Origin: Rhizaria sp. SCN 62-66
Taxonomy: Eukaryota
Direction: 5' to 3'
Assembly (NCBI GenBank): GCA_001724265.1
Contig: MEDY01000071.1
Coordinates: forward strand, 1-64,000
Length of the DNA: 64,000 bases
Shown here piece by piece: positions 61,501 through 64,000 of the stretch. The notes beneath the pieces are model-generated. The model saw only the letters and a list, made by a program, of their open reading frames with translations, did not search any database and was not told where the DNA came from. Position numbers and translations under genes: made by a program. Numbering within the stretch: the stretch's first letter is position 1; each line of letters begins with the position of its first letter.

Positions 61501-63999
61501 CCAAGCGTACACGTTGCCCTGCACGAGGGCCTCGAGGCGCGTGTCGGCGAGCAGCTGGCGCGGCCAGGCCGCGATGTCGCCCAGTGTCAGCGCCTGCATC
61601 GCGGGCGCCAGCTCGGACATCGGGAAGGCGTCGGCCAGGGTCAGTCCGGCGATGGCGTTAGCGTACTTGTACGGCACGCGGAAGCGCGAGTTGGCGAGCT
61701 GCTCGAGCGCGGCCTCGCGGAGCACGTCGAAACGCGCCTGCTGGGGCGTGAAGTCGGCACCAGCGATGCGCGAAGCCACGCCCTTGAAGAAGGACAGCAG
61801 GCCCTCAGTGTAGCCAGTCAGCGTGAGCGTCGCGCCCTGCTTCGACATCGTGAAGGAGGCCTTGTAGCCGCACTGCGCGGGGTGGAACGAGAAATCCTGG
61901 ATGAGGTCGTCGAACATCTTGCCGTAGATGAGCGAGGTCGCGGCGTGCTTGGCCGTGCTGCCCGCAAGCGTGGTCCACCAGCGCAGCTTGAGCACCACCG
62001 TGGGGCGGTCATACGTCGCGTCCTGCTTGTACCACACGCGCACCGCGGGCGCCGTCGCCGTCTCCGGGATCGCGGCCAGCGCGGCCGCGGCGGCGGCGTC
62101 GGGAGAGGCGTCGCCCGTGGAGGCCGCGGTGGCCGCCGCGAGGGCCGGAGCGGCGATGGTGTCGACCTCGTGGATGATGACGGGGGGAGCGATGTGCACG
62201 ACGGAGTCCTCGGGCACGGTGTCGACGAAGGCGCCACCGTTAAGGTCGTAGAAGGGCTTGAGCTTGAGTGTCTCCTTGGTGGGGAGCCACTTGTTCTTCT
62301 CGGGCAGCGCGAAAACATCGCTGGCCTGCGCCAGGAGACTCTTCTGGCCGGGGGCAGCGAAGCGGGCCCAGAGGTCCTTCTGCTCCTCGTTGAAGGAGCG
62401 GATGCCGAACTTGATGTTGTAGTGGTGCTCCGTCTGGTCCAGGGTGACGCCGAAGAGCGTGTCAACCTTAGGAGCAGAGATAAAGAGGGTCATCTTGCTG
62501 GGAGTGAAGGCGTCAAGCATAGCCGTGACGTCCTTCGCGGACCACTGGTGGAAGAGCACATCGCCCGACACGACATGCTCGCGACGCTGCCAGCGCATCG
62601 ACGCGGAGAGACGCGAGACAACCTTGCGCGGGTCGGCCTTGGGCTGCCAGTTGAAGCCGAGCTCGGCGATCTTGGCCATCTCGTCGTAGCGCCACTGCTC
62701 CACGCCCTGGGCGCGGACCACCGAGAGGTACTGGTACACGGCGGCGATGATCTCGTCCGCGTGCGGCACGCCGCGCGCAGTCATCGTCACGTCCACAGTG
62801 AACAGTCCAAAGGTGTGCGCGTTGACCTGGAGCCCGGCGTTGAGGGCGGTGATCCAGCCCTTAGCGCGCAGCAGCGAGACGAGCGAGCCCGCGCCGTCGG
62901 CCTCGATGAGGTGCGCGATGTAGGACGCCGCGTTAGTCTCGTAGCTCGCGATCTGCGACGGGACGGGCCACTGCAGAGACAGCGTCTGCTCGCGGCGCAC
63001 GGGTGCGTAGTAGACGGTGGAGCCGACCAGGGACGCGTTGTACACAGTGGCGTGCGTGTCGTTGTACTTGACGGAGCGCGAGTGCGCAGGGCGCTCACCG
63101 CTGGGGCGGACCTCGGAGAAGGTCTGGTCGACCCACATGGCGAGGGTCTTGAGCTCGTGGCCGCCTAGCACGACGACGCGCATGTTGCCCGCGGTGTAGA
63201 ACTCCTCCCAGAGCTTGACGAGCTCGGCGCGGAGGCGTTCCTTGGGGTGCGCGCCCAGCGTCTCGACGGAGCCGGTGCCGAACTTGGAATAGGGCGACGA
63301 GGGCGACGCGACGTGGCGACGGATCTGCTGCGAGCGCCAGCCGTCAGACTCAATGTTCTTGCGGTGCTCGGCGTTGACGGCGTTCATCTCGCGGTCCGTG
63401 TTATCGACAGAGAGCGAGGGCGCGATGAAGAACTGGGCGAAGTGGTCGAGGCCATCCTTGAGGTACGAGGGGAACACGTCGAAGTAGTAGTTGGTGTTCT
63501 CCATCGAGGTGTATGCGTTATTACCGCCGCCGTGCTTCTGGATGTAGGACTCGAAGGCGTTCTCGGAAGGGTACTTCTTGGTGCCGAGGAAGAGCATGTG
63601 CTCGAGGAAGTGGGCGAGGCCAGCAACGTCAGACGGGTCGTTGAAGTAGCCGACGCCGACATCGACGGAGCAGGCAGCCTTGCCGGTGTCGGGGTCTGAG
63701 ATGAGGAGAACCTCGAGACCGTTCGCGAGACGGATCTGCGCGTACTTGTTCGTGTCCATCTCACCGGATTCGATGGTGGCGTCGCCAGAGTTGTTGAGAC
63801 CCGGGTAGTTGGGGATCTTGGACTCGTCCAGGGTGCCCGCGCCAACACTGTCAAGCATGGTCTTGGCCTTGTTGGTGGGCTTAGCCTGCGCAGCGTCCAA
63901 GCGCATGTAGTTGCGGAGGCCATCACCACGGCGAAGCGGGATGTTCTCGTAGCCCTCAAGCTCCACCACGTTCTCCGAGAAGAGGCCATGGTTAAGCCC
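58516..63999 (-). CDS. Insulysin/pitrilysin (peptidase M16A) with long C-terminal extension; 5' end lies beyond the window
   Basis: LANGLEVLLISDP, GLAHFLEHMLFLGT (HxxEH zinc motif), NAYT and LRTQEQMGYIV. The frame stays open to the window edge. Confidence 0.95.
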   Translation of the reverse strand, partial: GLNHGLFSENVVELEGYENIPLRRGDGLRNYMRLDAAQAKPTNKAKTMLDSVGAGTLDESKIPNYPGLNNSGDATIESGEMDTNKYAQIRLANGLEVLLISDPDTGKAACSVDVGVGYFNDPSDVAGLAHFLEHMLFLGTKKYPSENAFESYIQKHGGGNNAYTSMENTNYYFDVFPSYLKDGLDHFAQFFIAPSLSVDNTDREMNAVNAEHRKNIESDGWRSQQIRRHVASPSSPYSKFGTGSVETLGAHPKERLRAELVKLWEEFYTAGNMRVVVLGGHELKTLAMWVDQTFSEVRPSGERPAHSRSVKYNDTHATVYNASLVGSTVYYAPVRREQTLSLQWPVPSQIASYETNAASYIAHLIEADGAGSLVSLLRAKGWITALNAGLQVNAHTFGLFTVDVTMTARGVPHADEIIAAVYQYLSVVRAQGVEQWRYDEMAKIAELGFNWQPKADPRKVVSRLSASMRWQRREHVVSGDVLFHQWSAKDVTAMLDAFTPSKMTLFISAPKVDTLFGVTLDQTEHHYNIKFGIRSFNEEQKDLWARFAAPGQKSLLAQASDVFALPEKNKWLPTKETLKLKPFYDLNGGAFVDTVPEDSVVHIAPPVIIHEVDTIAAPALAAATAASTGDASPDAAAAAALAAIPETATAPAVRVWYKQDATYDRPTVVLKLRWWTTLAGSTAKHAATSLIYGKMFDDLIQDFSFHPAQCGYKASFTMSKQGATLTLTGYTEGLLSFFKGVASRIAGADFTPQQARFDVLREAALEQLANSRFRVPYKYANAIAGLTLADAFPMSELAPAMQALTLGDIAAWPRQLLADTRLEALVQGNVYAWQAREFVDEAMATLPYKSVRSTFLPSRVAEERAALRRPVLDGRYTVATTALDPHEPNSMVYNVYQLGRANSTLDKLYMDVLDHFMRKAAYNALRTQEQMGYIVWAYGSATSDVSEFTLQVQSATFPPDYVDMRVQTFLSTYRKELDATLTPAAFAKTVMTLYDTKLTNATTLMEHARENWGAIENQKYNYMQRFVDSQLLLKKINVAGLLDFYDRVFGFGAYSGKSLSIQIASHAHLSKMNGTIAAAPARFPVHTPLPVPAGAPWAPATQPDGPVAALRAAPALSANWTAVQIAERSRSVFEHLQLAKKGNKALAAADANATKTDADKRLAEETARLTAAYVANATAESNAKIANASNTIAVADVKIAAATAAAASTAAAAIASVNATAASTNATANASAVAPVAPVAVAPVAVAAASNASVNATAVVANATVAANATVAKTGAFLELETVISTAASAAQLATTTNAIVSDQWDVLAVASAAYALGHMPEIRAFAGSVPKPTAARAPRRARIASEAADAVAAEMAPATLLEAATGVSAAAQAAAQASQRRAAAVRAMMLETEVMNAIVAEDRAQAAMEARLATAGSAATDAATDCASTSSFVELPVIEQSLEAQSISFLETEADTELDLDLDLEAETEAEADSELEAESEAEAEFELESELDAEAETEVDVEAAMDASLAAEIASESQYFYDDSVLIAPSPFEQRRLYRPIMVKRIPVAYEPRQRSYVLPDGSPIDRAQLEEMRRKQQQPTKTNDSQLEEFFDISDKTGNTGNKTATPAAAPAAAPAAAPAAVTAPTTYTVRADPPHVAFSYDGRDSDVAVKLDVVFAADNKQARGNVTVGQLPQLKKALYRSPMLRGVPAPPALSIAASAPSSVVVKPSIDEASVVQYTKRSTTVTATIAAMAMNGTVTASANATVASLPAAPAAAPAAAPAAAPAAAAPAAAPAAAAPVGAAAPVAAAAAPAAATAAPAAATAAPAAAAAPVAAAAPAAAAAM
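58519..58742 (-). repeat. Coding tandem repeat (PAAA/PAAAA) at the insulysin C-terminus
   Basis: Repeated 12-21 nt units such as GGAGCGGCGGCA on the + strand. Confidence 0.9.
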
Positions 64000-64000
64000 C

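Overview
Gene-dense nuclear DNA from a eukaryote, probably a protist. GC-rich, Ala/Gly/Ser-rich coding regions alternate with short AT-rich spacers and introns. I model 15 protein-coding genes: a secreted tandem rhodanese, a motor-less myosin-TH1-like protein, SF1/BBP, a RUS1/DUF647 protein, high-MW thioredoxin reductase, a giant cNMP-binding protein, PP2C, a 4-TM coiled-coil protein, a CRAL-TRIO/Sec14 protein, an EXPERA/EBP-like membrane protein, TFIIA gamma, a DUF1765-like protein, UNC-45, ATP synthase OSCP and an insulysin that runs off the right edge. I found no rRNA, tRNA, CRISPR array or transposase. Main leads: (1) UAG behaves oddly, with one in-frame TAG inside an otherwise intact gene, a second TAG followed by coding-like sequence, and no other gene ending in TAG. 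(2) The TrxR stop codon sits in a hairpin loop ahead of a +1-frame tail ending in a PTS1-like ANL. (3) Most genes have a splice-acceptor-like site just upstream of the start codon, which suggests trans-splicing. (4) All nine modelled introns start GTACG. (5) The insulysin tail carries SFxE-type processing motifs. (6) The rhodanese ends in twin CxGPGCGL peptides next to dibasic sites. All family calls come from motifs recognised by eye; no searches were run.
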